Positions 50,893-63,809 of a stretch of DNA of 64,000 nucleotides are shown here, in pieces; the first letter of the stretch is position 1; each line of letters begins with the position of its first letter. A model generated the notes under the pieces. The model saw only the letters and a list, made by a program, of their open reading frames with translations. It did not search any database and was not told the DNA's origin. Source of the stretch: Octopus vulgaris (lineage: Eukaryota); contig OX597818.1 of assembly GCA_951406725.2 (NCBI GenBank), positions 71,548,001 through 71,612,000 on the forward strand, written 5' to 3'. The position numbers were made by a program, and so were the translations under genes.

Positions 50893-53800
50893 GTTAAGAG
50901 ATGAGGGACTTAATATCACAGAGGGTTTTCAGTGGTATGTTGTTGCATGGAACTCAAGTGCAGTGCCATTTAATGGTAATATGGAATTGGTTGGTTGGTT
51001 GGTTGTCTGGTTGTTTGTTAGAAAGTAAACAAAAATGTGATTTATATACAGCAGTGAAGTTCTGATTACCTTGAAACAAAGAATAAAAAGATTTTAAAAA
51101 AAACTAGAAAAATGGTTTAAAAAATAAATATCTAGATACTCTAAGAAAATAACAAATATTATGCAAAGAAGTTGATTTAGTTTTGCTATGGAAGAACAAC
51201 TGGCAAAGAAATTAAATTTGGGAAAATATTTTGAAATTTCCAGAAGTTTCCATACAAAATTATTTTAAATAAACTTAATAACTACAAAAAAAAAAGTCTT
51301 TTTAAAATTAAATAAAAAAAAAAAAATCAACAATATTCTGACAAAAATATTGTTTGGAAAAATGAATTTTTTGTACAATTTAAAAATCTTTTTGGTGTGA
51401 TTAAAAAATTTTGTTTTTTTAAATAAGCCGTGTTACATAAATTTCACCCCAATTCATGGGGGCTCAAAGTCTGACTCCTGATAAAATATTGTTACAGGTG
51501 TAAAAATTATTCCAAGTGTAAAAATTTTGGCAATTTCTAAGAATCAGACAGGAGATTTTTTTTTAAACAGATCAATGCACACAATTATGCTGAATTTTAA
51601 TTCTCACAGGGATAAACATTTCATTCTGAAAATTATCATTAAATACAAATACTTCTTCATGTTCAAGCTTTTACACATTTCAAACAGTAGTTTCTTCACA
51701 GGCACATCATACATTTGTCAGTCTTTCATGAAATAATTATTTAATTTAAATAATTGAAAAAAAAAAAAAAAAACCCATCCAAGTAATGCTTATTGACATA
51801 ATTTCACTTAAAAAAATTTTTTTAATGAATTTTAGAAATAAAGCAAAAAATATATATATTGATTTTCTAACATTCTACAAAATACATTTATTATACAGTT
51901 GAATTGCTCAAGACATTTCATTATTCTCCACACCCAAATTACATTAGTATACAAAATTCTAATTAGTTGAAATACATGTATTCTGGACTAATGAAATGAA
52001 TACAGTGACATTGTGACCAATGGAGATTTTTTTTAATTATCACTAAAATTACTAATTAGCTAGAATAATATGAGGCATCATTTGATAAATGGAGAGGAGA
52101 TAAGTTCAAAGACAACTACTACTACTGCTATTATTACTACTACTACTACTGCTGCTGCTTCTGCTATAACTAATAGTCAAATTCTAAAACTACTCATCAG
52201 CCAGCACCATTGGACCAATGGTGATAGTTTCTAACAGTTGTGGAGCAAAAATTCACAAATGTTTATTTTGGAAAGGAATTAAGGAGTTGTTGCTCAACAA
52301 TGTAGAACACAGCACCAGTGTGTTTGGGGGTTTTTCATTCTTACTTTTTTTTTATATTCATTCATTTTTTTTTTGTCAATAACAAAATTTGCATTTATTT
52401 GTGTTACAGAAAGAAACTAACCAAGTACTACAATTCCAAGTTGAAACATTTGAAAAATATATTCCTGGATTCTAAACTATGCTATCAAGTTTCGTACTAA
52501 TAGTTCAACAGTCTCTGTTGCTCCTCCCTTTACCTCTCATTTCATTTATCTTTACAGAGTAGGTCAAATAATTCCATGAGACACGTTCTTCATTTCTAAT
52601 CCTCACATAAATAGGAAACTATATATATTTTATATATAAATTATACAATATATAGTGTAATGAGTGAAACTGTGTCAATGCAGTTCTGAAGACTGTCTTT
52701 ATGTAATTGTGGAACCAGGGAAAGACAGCTTGGCATAGGTGATTTCTCTCCATACACCTCTATACATCAGCAATCACCAATCAATTAAACAGTGGCCCTG
52801 CTATTTACAACAGTCACTAATCAACAACTCTCCAGAGTACTTATTTACAGCAGAATATAAAGGGACATACCAGCCATGAAGGTAATTTTGTCCTCAGCTC
52901 TACCAATTCTTCCAACCCAACATTCTTCAAATAATGATAATACTACTTCTACTACTACTACTAATAATAATAATGATAGCTTTTCTGTTGAACAATATCT
53001 AAGACATTTCAGCTAACAGAGGGAGGGAAGCAGAATGTTGCAAGGACAATGATTTTCCAAAAAGAGCATTAATTTCATACATTTTCAGTTAGATACAGGA
53101 ATTAACCTCAGTATTTTAATGCAACTAATTTTTTAATCAACTCTGTAAAGGTAAAAGGTAACTCTGATGAAATTTGAACTTAGAGACTATGAGGTACTCA
53201 ACTAATTCCTCTGAAATCAACTGATGTAGTGTTCTGCTGTACTGGACAGCACAACCACCAGGATTAATTTCATCAGAACCCTCTCTAGAATCTTTGTAAA
53301 GTAACAATTTATCATTTTTATATGAGTAGGGTAGAGTAGTGTGAGATGTATGGATAAATAGATAGACATATGGCTGGAAAGATGGATAGATAGATATACA
53401 GACAGATAACGAGAGTAAAAGAATAAGAGATTTAATTGTTTCAGAAATGCTCAGTATACAAGCTACTTTGATTCTATTGTCAAAGACTAAATTAGAAGAA
53501 TGGTCAGTTTTACTTCACACTCTCCCTTCTCATTGTCTGCAATGTCATCTATGAGATACAGCAAACTTGAGTAACTTAAGCTCAACACTTTAGCTATAGT
53601 CCTAGTCTTTAGACCCAGGATGACATAAATTTGGTATGTTTCAAAGAAAATCTTGTTGATATTCTTGAGTTTTTTTAATTTGTTTCTGTTTTTTAGAAAT
53701 TCCAGTTGCAATGCCAACCTGATACTGGACTGAATTCCTCAGTAAACTTCAATATTTTAGAATCATTTCAACATTGCTAGATAAAATGATTAAAAAAAAA

Positions 53801-54324
53801 CACCACCTTTTCCTAAATCTGTTTAACTCCAAATACAATGCTACCCGTGTGTTTTGAAAGGAAATATAAAATGGATTTTATTAATTTTATGGAGGATTAT
53901 AAATATGTTACTTCGAAGTGTGTGATGACAAAATATTGTTTTTTTTTTCCTATATAAAATGTGCATAGTAGAGTACCACTTCGAGACAGTACAATCAGTG
54001 AGCAAACCATTCTTCAAAGACACACTGAAATTATGAAATTAAACTATATATTATTTATGTGTGTGTATAATTATGTATGTATGTATGTATGCATGTGTGT
54101 GTGTGTGTGTGTATACACACACACACACGTAAATATGTGTGTGGGTTCAATAAAATTAGAGTAAAGTAACAAAAATAATGCTGTAAATTTAAATATTGGA
54201 AGAAAACTCTAGCCATGTCTAGGAATGGAGAAAAACAAAACAAAAACAAACAAAATGAATAGATAACCAACAACAAAACAAAAAAAACAACAAAAGGAAA
54301 ATGGTGTAATGTTCATGAAGATGG

Positions 54325-56646
54325 TTAGGATAATTCCATTTGCTCGTCACAGATTAAAGTACCATTATTTGTCTGGTTCTCACTAGCAGTGAAGTTTCTG
54401 GTTTGACTGAAGTCTCGGTGTTGTTCATTGTTTTCTACAAGAACAGAAGTGTGTTTAAAATTTAGGTCAGAACCCTGAATGTTTGTATATGGCGGTAAGC
54501 AATCCTTTGCTGACAGACACTTGGCAGAGATCTCACTGGTTGTTGTTCCTGTATAGGGGGAATACATTCTGGCCACATTATGCTCTGGCTTTGAATGTAA
54601 AAAGTTGTTGTTATTTACTGTGAGATCACAGGTTGCTGTATTACTATTATTTTCAACAGGAGACAATGCGTAAGAAAGATTTGTCATTTGGTGGTCACAA
54701 CCAGTAAAATTTGGCACCGCCACTCGGCAACCAGCTTGCAATTGAGTCTGTACAGAATTTAAGTGAAGTGCATTACACAAGTTAGAGGATTTCTGTGACT
54801 GTACATATGCAGATACTTCGCATGAAGAAGGGTAACAGCTTGTATTGACATTTTCTGCTGTTTCTTTGGGAACCAATAATAAAGGTGATGCAAATTGGGA
54901 AGGAATTGATGAGTCTATGAATTGTTGATTCTGATTGGCTTCATAAATGAGGGATGATGGAGTTGAAGAAATTGGGGGTAAAATTTCATTAGGACAAACA
55001 ATCTTTTGTGGCATTACCTGCGGTGAATATGGAGTAGGTTGGTGGGAGAAAGAGTAGCACGTAATATCAGAAGGCCTTGATTGAAAAGATTGTTGATTGT
55101 GGGGTTGAAATGTCGAGACAGGCTGGTTTACAGTGGCCAGCTTCGTAGTTGTAGATTTTACCTTTGTTGTGTTGGGAAAGCCTTGTGGTGTCATGTAATA
55201 CATACTGTACTGCATAGGTGGATAGACAGTTGGAGCTACTTGCTGGGTGGAAGCTGGTGTCACATTGGAGCCACTAGAACCAATATTCAGTTGCTGGAAT
55301 TGGTGCTGAAGAACAGATTGCTTGTGGAAACTTTGCCTCTTTTGCTGAAGACGTAGATGCTGCAATATCTTCTTACCACCTGGGTGATATTCTGTAGCTG
55401 TGTTAGTGACACCTTGATGATGAAATAATAATTGGGTTGTTGGTTCACTCTGGACTTGATCAAGATGCTGTTCAACTTGCATGCTCTGTTTCAGGGCCAA
55501 GAGCCTGTGAGGTTGCATATCAGTAGTCTCAGCAGGTAAACTCATGCGCTTTATCAGCTGTCGAGGTTTGGAGGCTGGGGCTTCCTCTAGTGACCACTGT
55601 CTCCACTTCATTCTCTCGTGATAGTTGCGATGGGAACGAGCTTTGTTTAATTCAGCTGTCCCTTTTGAGGGTCCAGTGTTACTGGCCAGCTCTTGAAATT
55701 CTTGCCGGAGTTCTGCTATCCCCTGGGCTCTAGTTGTATCACGCAGCTGTTGGCGAAACGCAATCATACCTTGAGTCATTTGTCCATCGGAAGCTCGTCT
55801 TCCTTCTCGGAAGTCAACAGGTGAATGTGTCTCGTTTCGGTCTTGAGAATAATCAGCACTTACTTGAGTTGATACTAAAGGAGGACTTTGTATAGGTGTA
55901 GGGATTGTAGTGGATATGACTGTTCCTTGGCCAGGTTGCTGACCAGATGGTGCCGTTGAGTATCCAGCATGAGAGTAAGATGTCTGGCTTAAACCAATAT
56001 CTGCCTCTAATGTTGAATCAAAGCTGGTGAAAGGTGAAGATTGGTTACTATCAGAACTTACTTGGGGCGATATATCAGATGTATCAGAAAACTTTTGCAT
56101 TTTGGTCCGGGTGTCCGAACCATAACTATCTATTTCTGATATATCTGCCTCAACACCCTCATCAATGGAAGAGGTAATCAAATGGCTTGTCATAGTGTGT
56201 GAAGGTTTGAGACAGGTTTGAGACAGTACATCAGAGAGGCATGCTGGCTTGGCAATAGGTGTGGCTTGGGGTAAAACAGATGGGATTACAGGCAGTGGAG
56301 GATTAGCAGTGGATCGATTAGTTGTATCAGAACTTTCTGAATAACCAGAGGTGTGTTGTGGGACAGTCGTTGATGGCCCAATTGGAGGGACACAGTCTGT
56401 AGTTTTTGTGAACAAACTTTGCTTGGTATTGAGTGGTTGCATGCGGTAAGCTGGATTTGGGACTACACTTGGTGCTTGGGTGGAAGCAAGACGTGGATTC
56501 ATGGCTTGTTCAGCAATTTGACTTGGTCGCCGTTTTCGCGCATCCAGTTGATTATAAACAGGAAAACTGCTACGATGTTGCTTGAGCCGATCAAGTAATA
56601 AATAATATATTGCACTGAATGGATCATATGCATTATTTTTCAGAGA
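54325..56646 (-). CDS. SIK2: SIK2-like terminal coding exon (2322 nt): end of UBA domain plus S/T/Q/P-rich regulatory tail
   Basis: TTTCAG acceptor, then SLKNNAYDPFSAIYYLLDRLKQHRSSFP...RKRRPSQIAEQ, in frame with the 725-aa ORF containing REGRRASDG. These match SIK2 HRSSFP, RRPSTIAEQ and EGRRASD motifs. Stop TAA at 54325. Confidence 0.93.
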   Translation of the reverse strand, partial: SLKNNAYDPFSAIYYLLLDRLKQHRSSFPVYNQLDARKRRPSQIAEQAMNPRLASTQAPSVVPNPAYRMQPLNTKQSLFTKTTDCVPPIGPSTTVPQHTSGYSESSDTTNRSTANPPLPVIPSVLPQATPIAKPACLSDVLSQTCLKPSHTMTSHLITSSIDEGVEADISEIDSYGSDTRTKMQKFSDTSDISPQVSSDSNQSSPFTSFDSTLEADIGLSQTSYSHAGYSTAPSGQQPGQGTVISTTIPTPIQSPPLVSTQVSADYSQDRNETHSPVDFREGRRASDGQMTQGMIAFRQQLRDTTRAQGIAELRQEFQELASNTGPSKGTAELNKARSHRNYHERMKWRQWSLEEAPASKPRQLIKRMSLPAETTDMQPHRLLALKQSMQVEQHLDQVQSEPTTQLLFHHQGVTNTATEYHPGGKKILQHLRLQQKRQSFHKQSVLQHQFQQLNIGSSGSNVTPASTQQVAPTVYPPMQYSMYYMTPQGFPNTTKVKSTTTKLATVNQPVSTFQPHNQQSFQSRPSDITCYSFSHQPTPYSPQVMPQKIVCPNEILPPISSTPSSLIYEANQNQQFIDSSIPSQFASPLLLVPKETAENVNTSCYPSSCEVSAYVQSQKSSNLCNALHLNSVQTQLQAGCRVAVPNFTGCDHQMTNLSYALSPVENNSNTATCDLTVNNNNFLHSKPEHNVARMYSPYTGTTTSEISAKCLSAKDCLPPYTNIQGSDLNFKHTSVLVENNEQHRDFSQTRNFTASENQTNNGTLICDEQMELS

Positions 56647-56733
56647 CTGAAAATAGAAATGAAATTAAGAAAATATTTAAGAATATAATACATTAACAAA
56701 TATATGCATAAGAGTGTATGTATGTGTGAATGA

Positions 56734-56788
<55 letters not shown>

Positions 56789-57394
56789 TGGGTCATCCCC
56801 ACCATTCACTACATCCATCCCTCAACACTTGTTCTTCATTCATTATATTCACACCTCCTCTCAACCATCCCTCATCGATAACTCCTCCATACACTCTTGC
56901 AATCTCTACACACCCACACTGCTGGTACTTCTGTCTCCACTTCACTCCCTACTCATCTTGAGGATCAACTCAGAGACCTCATCATCACTATTCTTATCTC
57001 TTCCCAGCTCTACCCTGTCTATTCTAAAATATGAATAGTCATGAAACTCCTGTATAGCGAGAAACCTGTTCAGCTCTGGACCCTTCCTTCATACTTGAAC
57101 CCCTCATCTACTAACATATAGTTTCTCCCACCATTATTCCAAGGGGTTTGTAACCTTGCAAGCTACCTGGCAACATCACTATTGCTGGTAGCATGAAAAA
57201 AAACACCCAATACACACTGTAAAGAGGTTGGATGTCAGAAAAGTTCAGGGATGTCTGGAACTAAACAACATTACTTGAGTGTCTTCCTAGGCCTTAAAAG
57301 GCTCGATCAATCTTTTTCAACTAACAAAGATGTTGATGATTGAAGACATATATAGCTCAGCAGTGCTTGTGTTTGACTATTTTTCTCTTCCATT

Positions 57395-57732
57395 TATCTT
57401 TTACTTGTTTCAGTATTTGACTGTAGCCATGCTGGGGCATCACCTTAAAGGGTCGACTCCAGGACTTATTTTTTTAAAGCCTAGTACTTATTGTATTGAT
57501 CTCTTTTGCTGAACTGCTAGATTACAGGAACATAAAGACACACACATATATCTATCCTTATATATATATATATGAAGGGTTTCTTTCAATTTCCGTCTAC
57601 CAAATCCGCTCACAATGCTTTGGTTAGCTTGAGGCAATAGTAGAAGACACTTGCCCAAGGTGTCACAAGGTGGGACTGAACCCAGAGCCATGTGGATGGG
57701 AAACAAGCTTCTTACCACACAGTTACACCTGC
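57395..57732 (-). mobile_element. SINE family B copy
   Basis: Same consensus as 44748-45138. Confidence 0.8.
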
Positions 57733-57929
57733 ATATTTACTCTTAGAAATTAGAACTGCTTGACAAATTTCATTTTAGGATATAAGATTGGTTAGAATTG
57801 GATTTTTTATCTTTTATGGTTCCAATACTCAACCAGAGACTTATTCAAACAGGTTTAGGATTCATCTTATGCAATATAGGGTAGATAAATACCTCCCAGT
57901 CCCTAGAAAGAGATGTAAGTGGAACTTAC

Positions 57930-58150
57930 TTCGATAGTATGTTGCTGATCAATACCATTACTGTGCATCTGGCGTAGAATATATTCACTGAACTCTCCAA
58001 CTTGACCCTTAGCACCAATAACAGGACTAGGGGGCAGACTCTTAGGAGGTCCACCATCTTCCTGAATCCAACGGTGGTTTCTGACCTGCTGAATAGTGTA
58101 CCGTTTGGCTGGATCCAACACCAGCATTTTACGGATCAGTTGTTCACATT
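57930..58150 (-). CDS. SIK2: SIK2-like exon (ECEQLIRKMLVLDPAKRYTIQQVRNHRWI...GEFSEYILRQMHSNGIDQQHTIE)
   Basis: Kinase subdomain XI plus start of the UBA domain. TTTCAG acceptor and GTAAGT donor. Confidence 0.95.
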
Positions 58151-59029
58151 CTGAAAGAGAGAGAGAGAAGAGGAGAGAATATTACCAATATTGGTTTAGG
58201 CATTCAGGAAAAGATGGTAAGGCAAAGAATGAGCAGGATCAGGGCTAGGAAGATAGAGGGGAGACAAAAGAAAAATGGGGTTCTTTTAAGGATTGGGTGT
58301 GGCAACATTCATATCAGATCAAACTTCGGTGAGGAGTTAATGAGGAAACTTTTACATGGACACCAAACCTGCATGAAATAACCAAATCTTTCTAAACTCA
58401 TATTTTCTCATCTCAAAATAGAAAGAATATGCTGGGTATTATAACCTTAATTACACTTTGAGTTAATAAAAGAAGGGAAGGCCACAAATGGAAGCCTTTG
58501 CTTGCTGATCTGCTGGATGAGCAACAACCAATTATGATGACTATAAACAGCTGTCCCTGTCAACGGTCACACCTAGCATTACACTGGTACTTATTTTATC
58601 GATTTCAAAAGAACGAAAGACAAAGTCGACCTCAACAGAATTTGAACTCAGAACATAGACAGATGAAATGCTAAGTATTTTGCTTGGCGTGCTAATGATT
58701 CTGCCAGCTCACCTCACACTTGACATTAAACCATAAGAACAAAGAGAACACCATATAATCACTTTACACAGTGCCTTTACTACAATCAGATGTAAACAAA
58801 CTACTCTAAATGTATTATTCTTATTTCATATAAATCTGAAGAGGATTAATCATATTATTTTACATTAATCTGAAGAGGAAGCAGCAGCAGTGCCTAAAGA
58901 TTGACTAGATCCTTTGAGAAGTGAGGATAGAAATAGAGAAAATGTGGACAGGGAGAGAGTTACAGAGTGAATAACTTGAATTATGTATTATTAGCTAATA
59001 CATTAAAAAATTAATCAGGTTGACAATCA

Positions 59030-59161
<132 letters not shown>

Positions 59162-59405
59162 CTATAAGAGAAAAGAAAATGAATTAATACATTTCAGTAA
59201 ATAACTTTTGTTTATACATGCATGTACATATCAAATCTGTGCATGTGTGTATGTAGTGATATACAGTAGTAAGAATTAATGAAGCAAGAAGTAATTAATG
59301 ATATATGTTATATAAGAGTTTCCCCATATCAGAGGAGCAGAGTTCAAAATCAGAAAATATCCCAGAATGAATACAATAGTGTGGTCAAAATATTCAGAAG
59401 AGTCA

Positions 59406-59558
<153 letters not shown>

Positions 59559-59601
59559 TTAAGAATTACACCACATGTCAAAGCTGCAGAGATTAAGTGG
59601 A

Positions 59602-59661
<60 letters not shown>

Positions 59662-59728
59662 CACACACACACAAGTGAGTGGGCAAACGTAAAGGCACTC
59701 AATTTATTGGGAATTACACGTATCGATC

Positions 59729-59832
59729 ACAGTTTGACTCAAATTCGTTGGTACCGGAGTTTCAAAATTCAAAATGGCTGACAACTAGCATTGTGCTTGA
59801 AACTCAAGAGTACCAACGAATTTGAATCAAAC

Positions 59833-59835
<3 letters not shown>
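59729..59835. repeat. Near-perfect inverted repeat / hairpin in SIK intron
   Basis: ACAGTTTGACTCAAATTCGTTGGTAC pairs with GTACCAACGAATTTGAATCAAACTGT (25/26), and GAGTTTCAA pairs with TTGAAACTC. Confidence 0.9.
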
Positions 59836-59872
<37 letters not shown>

Positions 59873-61196
59873 GAAAATAAGAAAACAGAGAGGATATAAC
59901 ATCTGTTTTCTTATTTGTTGTATAAATCAAGGGTAAACCACTTGTTACCCCCGCCCATATATAATACCCAATTGCGAGATTGCCATGCAATAACTAGCAC
60001 TTGGATATGAATAATTGTGTACACTACTACCAGCAGTATATTGGTTTCTCAACCTCTAACTCATAAATAAATAAATAAATAGATATATGTATATCAGAAA
60101 ACATCCCAGAATGAATACAGGTGCGTGCACACACACACACATATATATGGCATTGACAAGATTTAAAACCTCAGGGGATGTTTCAGGAGATTTAACTTTT
60201 ACAAAAATTCAACTAATTGTGCAGGAATAACAAATATTTTTCAAACTCCATGTCTATTTGGAAATGGTTAAGGTTTATTCTAGAGCTGCTTAGTCAACTT
60301 TATGTTCTGAATTCAAACTCTGCTGCATTTTACTTTAATTTTTCCCTAGGACTCACAAAATAATACCATTTATGAACTGGAGTTGATGTCATTCACTACT
60401 CCATTCACTGCAAAAAAGTGGCATGTGCCTATGTTACAAATTATTATTAGTAAGTATATGTACATAGTGATTACTAATTGCCAGAACAAGGACCAATTCA
60501 TTATTCAGCCAAGATATTACACCTGGCTGCCTCAAATGTTTAATGAAAGCTTTCTTCCACTACCAAGCAAGAAAGAGAAGAAACTTGTTCTACAATCAAA
60601 ACACAGGTAACCTGTTTAGAAGAGAAGTGACTAAAAAGAAAAAAAAAAAACAGATACAAAGTAGTGGGGGGAAAGGGATTTACTAGTTTCAGTGGAACTA
60701 CAAAATACACCTAGTTCTTACTGTTAGGTGGCTTGTGACAAGTAGGAGTACACCCAGCTGTAAAAAGCTATGTCATGGGAGCATGATGTACTGTGTCATG
60801 CCAGTCTGATATGCTGTGTCATGTGGGCATGAAAAAGCAGATGTAAAAAGAAAAAATCCACCCCACCCACATACTTAAAGTACTCATTAATATTGGAGAG
60901 CAATAACAAACCTATTTTTCATTACATTAAAGCAAATTTAATAGTTCTTATTTTATGAGATCCTGTTGTTTACTTTTAATTATCTATTCCATTTGCTTTT
61001 CTGTGCTGACATGTGTGTGTATATGTACACAATGAATATAAAAATTACAAGAAAATTTTGATGAAATTTTAATTTTTTTCATTGGTTTGGTTTAGAGGAA
61101 AGAACTGTGCACCACTATCCCTTCCAGCTGGTGACAAAAATACATTAAAGGAGAAAAGGAAGAAAGTAAAGAAAAGATTAGAAAATATAAACTTAC

Positions 61197-61242
61197 CTGC
61201 AATCTTAATGTTCATATTAGCATCAAGGAGTAAATTTTCAGC
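61197..61242 (-). CDS. SIK2: SIK2-like exon (AENLLLDANMNIKIA); upstream exons not found in the window
   Basis: Kinase subdomains VIb-VII. CTAG acceptor and GTAAGT donor. Phase joins to DFG. Confidence 0.95.
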
Positions 61243-61529
61243 CTAGAGAACAGAATCAAAAATAAGTTTATTAGCAGAGAAACAATGCAGAAGCTATACA
61301 AGATTCTGTATAATTTAATGTGGAGTTTATCAATGGCAGCAAGAATTGGTAAAATCTAGGCAAATTTCAATATTTTATTGCTTGGTTACACCTCACTGGA
61401 AAACCCCCAGGTTATATCCAACTTTGGGAGGGGAGATTGTAGTCAGATTGTCTCCAGTACATAACAGCTACTGTATCAACATTGGAAGGATGAAATGTGG
61501 AAATGGGATCTGACGTAAATACCAGTCAA

Positions 61530-62180
61530 TATTGGTTTCAAATTTTGATACAAGGCCAGCCATTTTGGGGGAGGGTTAAGTTGATTACATTATCCTCAGT
61601 ACTCAATTGGAATTTATTTTATCAACCCTGAAAGGATGAAAGGCAAAGTCAACCTCAGTGGAATCTGAACTCAGAACATAAAGATGGACAAAACGCTGCA
61701 AAACATTTTGCTCAGCATGCTAATGATTTGGTCAGACCCTAGTACTTATTCTATTAGTCTCTATTGCTGATTGCTAAGTTATGGGGCATAAACACCAACA
61801 CTGGTTGTCAAATGGTGATGGGGGGAAAAACACATTATGTTCCACTCCAAACATTCTATCACACAGCTGTTCTAATTATCTTTTTATCTTTTGTTTCAGT
61901 CATCTGAGTGAGGCCAAACCACCTTGAAGGGTTTTAGTTGAATAAATTAGCTTCAGGACTTACTTTTTTAACCCTAGTACACTTGCCCAAGGTTCCATGC
62001 AGTGAGACTGAACCCAGAACCATGTTGTTGGAATGCAAGCTTCTTACCACACAGCCACAACTGGGCTTCTTTCAGTTTCCATCTACCAAATCCACTCAAA
62101 AAGGTTTTGGTCATCTTGAGGCTATAGTAAAAGACACTTGCCCAAGGTTCCATGCAGTGAGACTGAACCCAGAACCATGA
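61530..62180 (-). mobile_element. Adjacent SINE A (61530-61730) and rearranged SINE B (61735-62180) copies
   Basis: Consensus matches, with an internal 46-nt exact duplication. Confidence 0.75.
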
Positions 62181-62923
62181 ATCATACCAATGAACAAACT
62201 ATGTGGTCATATGACGTCCTAGAAACAGTAACTAAATGCCCCTCAAACCACACCCTACTGTCTTACATAAAAGATATTCTTAAAATATTCACAGCTGACA
62301 TACTTTAATGATTGGTCTACTGTGTCACAGTTGACCCAGGACAAAAAGATAATATATATCTACTACCATAGTCAAGGCATGAATGCTACAACATCACTCC
62401 CCACCATTTCTTTACTCTATCAAAATAAGGTATGATAGTTAATATAAATAAATACTGACGTATTTATAAATATTAAAAGAGTATGAAGATATGGTGAGTA
62501 GGCAGACACACAGACACACGCGTAAAGAATCAAAACACAAACATGTATACACACACAGACCTATCTCCCAATGCACACTGTTCTAACGATAATTCAAAGG
62601 ATATGTGTGGAGGGGAGAAGTCAGAGGAGTGAGCAATGGTAGTTACTGTAGCTGCAGTCTCTATAACAGCTGCACCTTCTGCTGCATCTGTTGGTGTTGA
62701 TGTGTTGCATCACAACACAAGACTTTGGTAGTGGGGGGGGTAGGCTTACAGGCACAGGGGTAGATTTCCATAAATATTTTGTATAGTGGAGGTTGGGAGG
62801 AGAGTTTGGTAGTGAGAGGGTGGTGGAGAGAGAGAGAGAGGAAAGAGAAAGAGGTGGGAGAGAGAGAAAGAAGTAATAAATGAAGTCATGAGAATTTACA
62901 GTCCCTCCTTCTAAATGATCTCC

Positions 62924-62932
<9 letters not shown>

Positions 62933-62990
<58 letters not shown>
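62933..62990. repeat. (TA)n(CA)n compound microsatellite (similar tracts at 56735-56787 and 59602-59672)
   Basis: Direct reading. Confidence 0.95.
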
Positions 62991-62991
<1 letters not shown>

Positions 62992-63809
62992 TACATATAT
63001 GTGTATATCATACACAGAGACATTATACATATATATTGTATACATAATATATATATATATGTGTGTTTATAGAAAAAAAATTCAGCCATTTACACATAAA
63101 TATAGACACTGACACATCACAGTAGAGCTCCGAGAGAAGCCAAGTTGAATAGAACAACAGTGAAGTGTCTATTAGAAAGCATGTACAAGTGGCAATGATA
63201 AGTTAAACGGATTATCAAGGAGAGGAAGGGTGGATGTGTTTTTTTAGAGTCACACATACAGACATAGAATAGAAAAGAATAAAAATGAAATCTGACTAAA
63301 ACAACAACAACAACAATAATAATAATAATAATAATAATGGTTTCAAATTTTACCACAAAGGTAGCCATTTTGGGGGAGGGGATCAGTCAATTACATCAAC
63401 CCCAGTGTTTCACTGGTACTTAATTTACCAACTATGAAATGATGAAAGGCAAAGTCGACCTTGGCAGAATTTAAAGTATCTGCTGTGAGTGTTCACTATT
63501 CCCAGCAAACCTGTCAAAGGACTAGCCTAGAATTACATCATGGATTCACTGTTGCTGAAATATTCCAGCAGACCACACACACAGTTTCTCAGTATTGCGT
63601 AACACGTAAAGAATATTTTAAAAACAAGAATAACAACCTGCCAAGCAAAAACCACAGACACACACACACACACAGCATGGTACTTTCTTTTTTATTTGAA
63701 ACTCTTGTACAAGAGTTAAACGAAAAAATTTACACCTTATGAACATTTGGCAACAATCTTTCTTCCTGTTCCATCCCAACCCTCCATTTAGTTGTTAACT
63801 TATTATTAT

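Noticed and set aside
54325-56502. Stand-alone 725-aa intronless gene
   Set aside because: The frame stays open upstream to a splice acceptor at 56646 and continues the SIK UBA domain.
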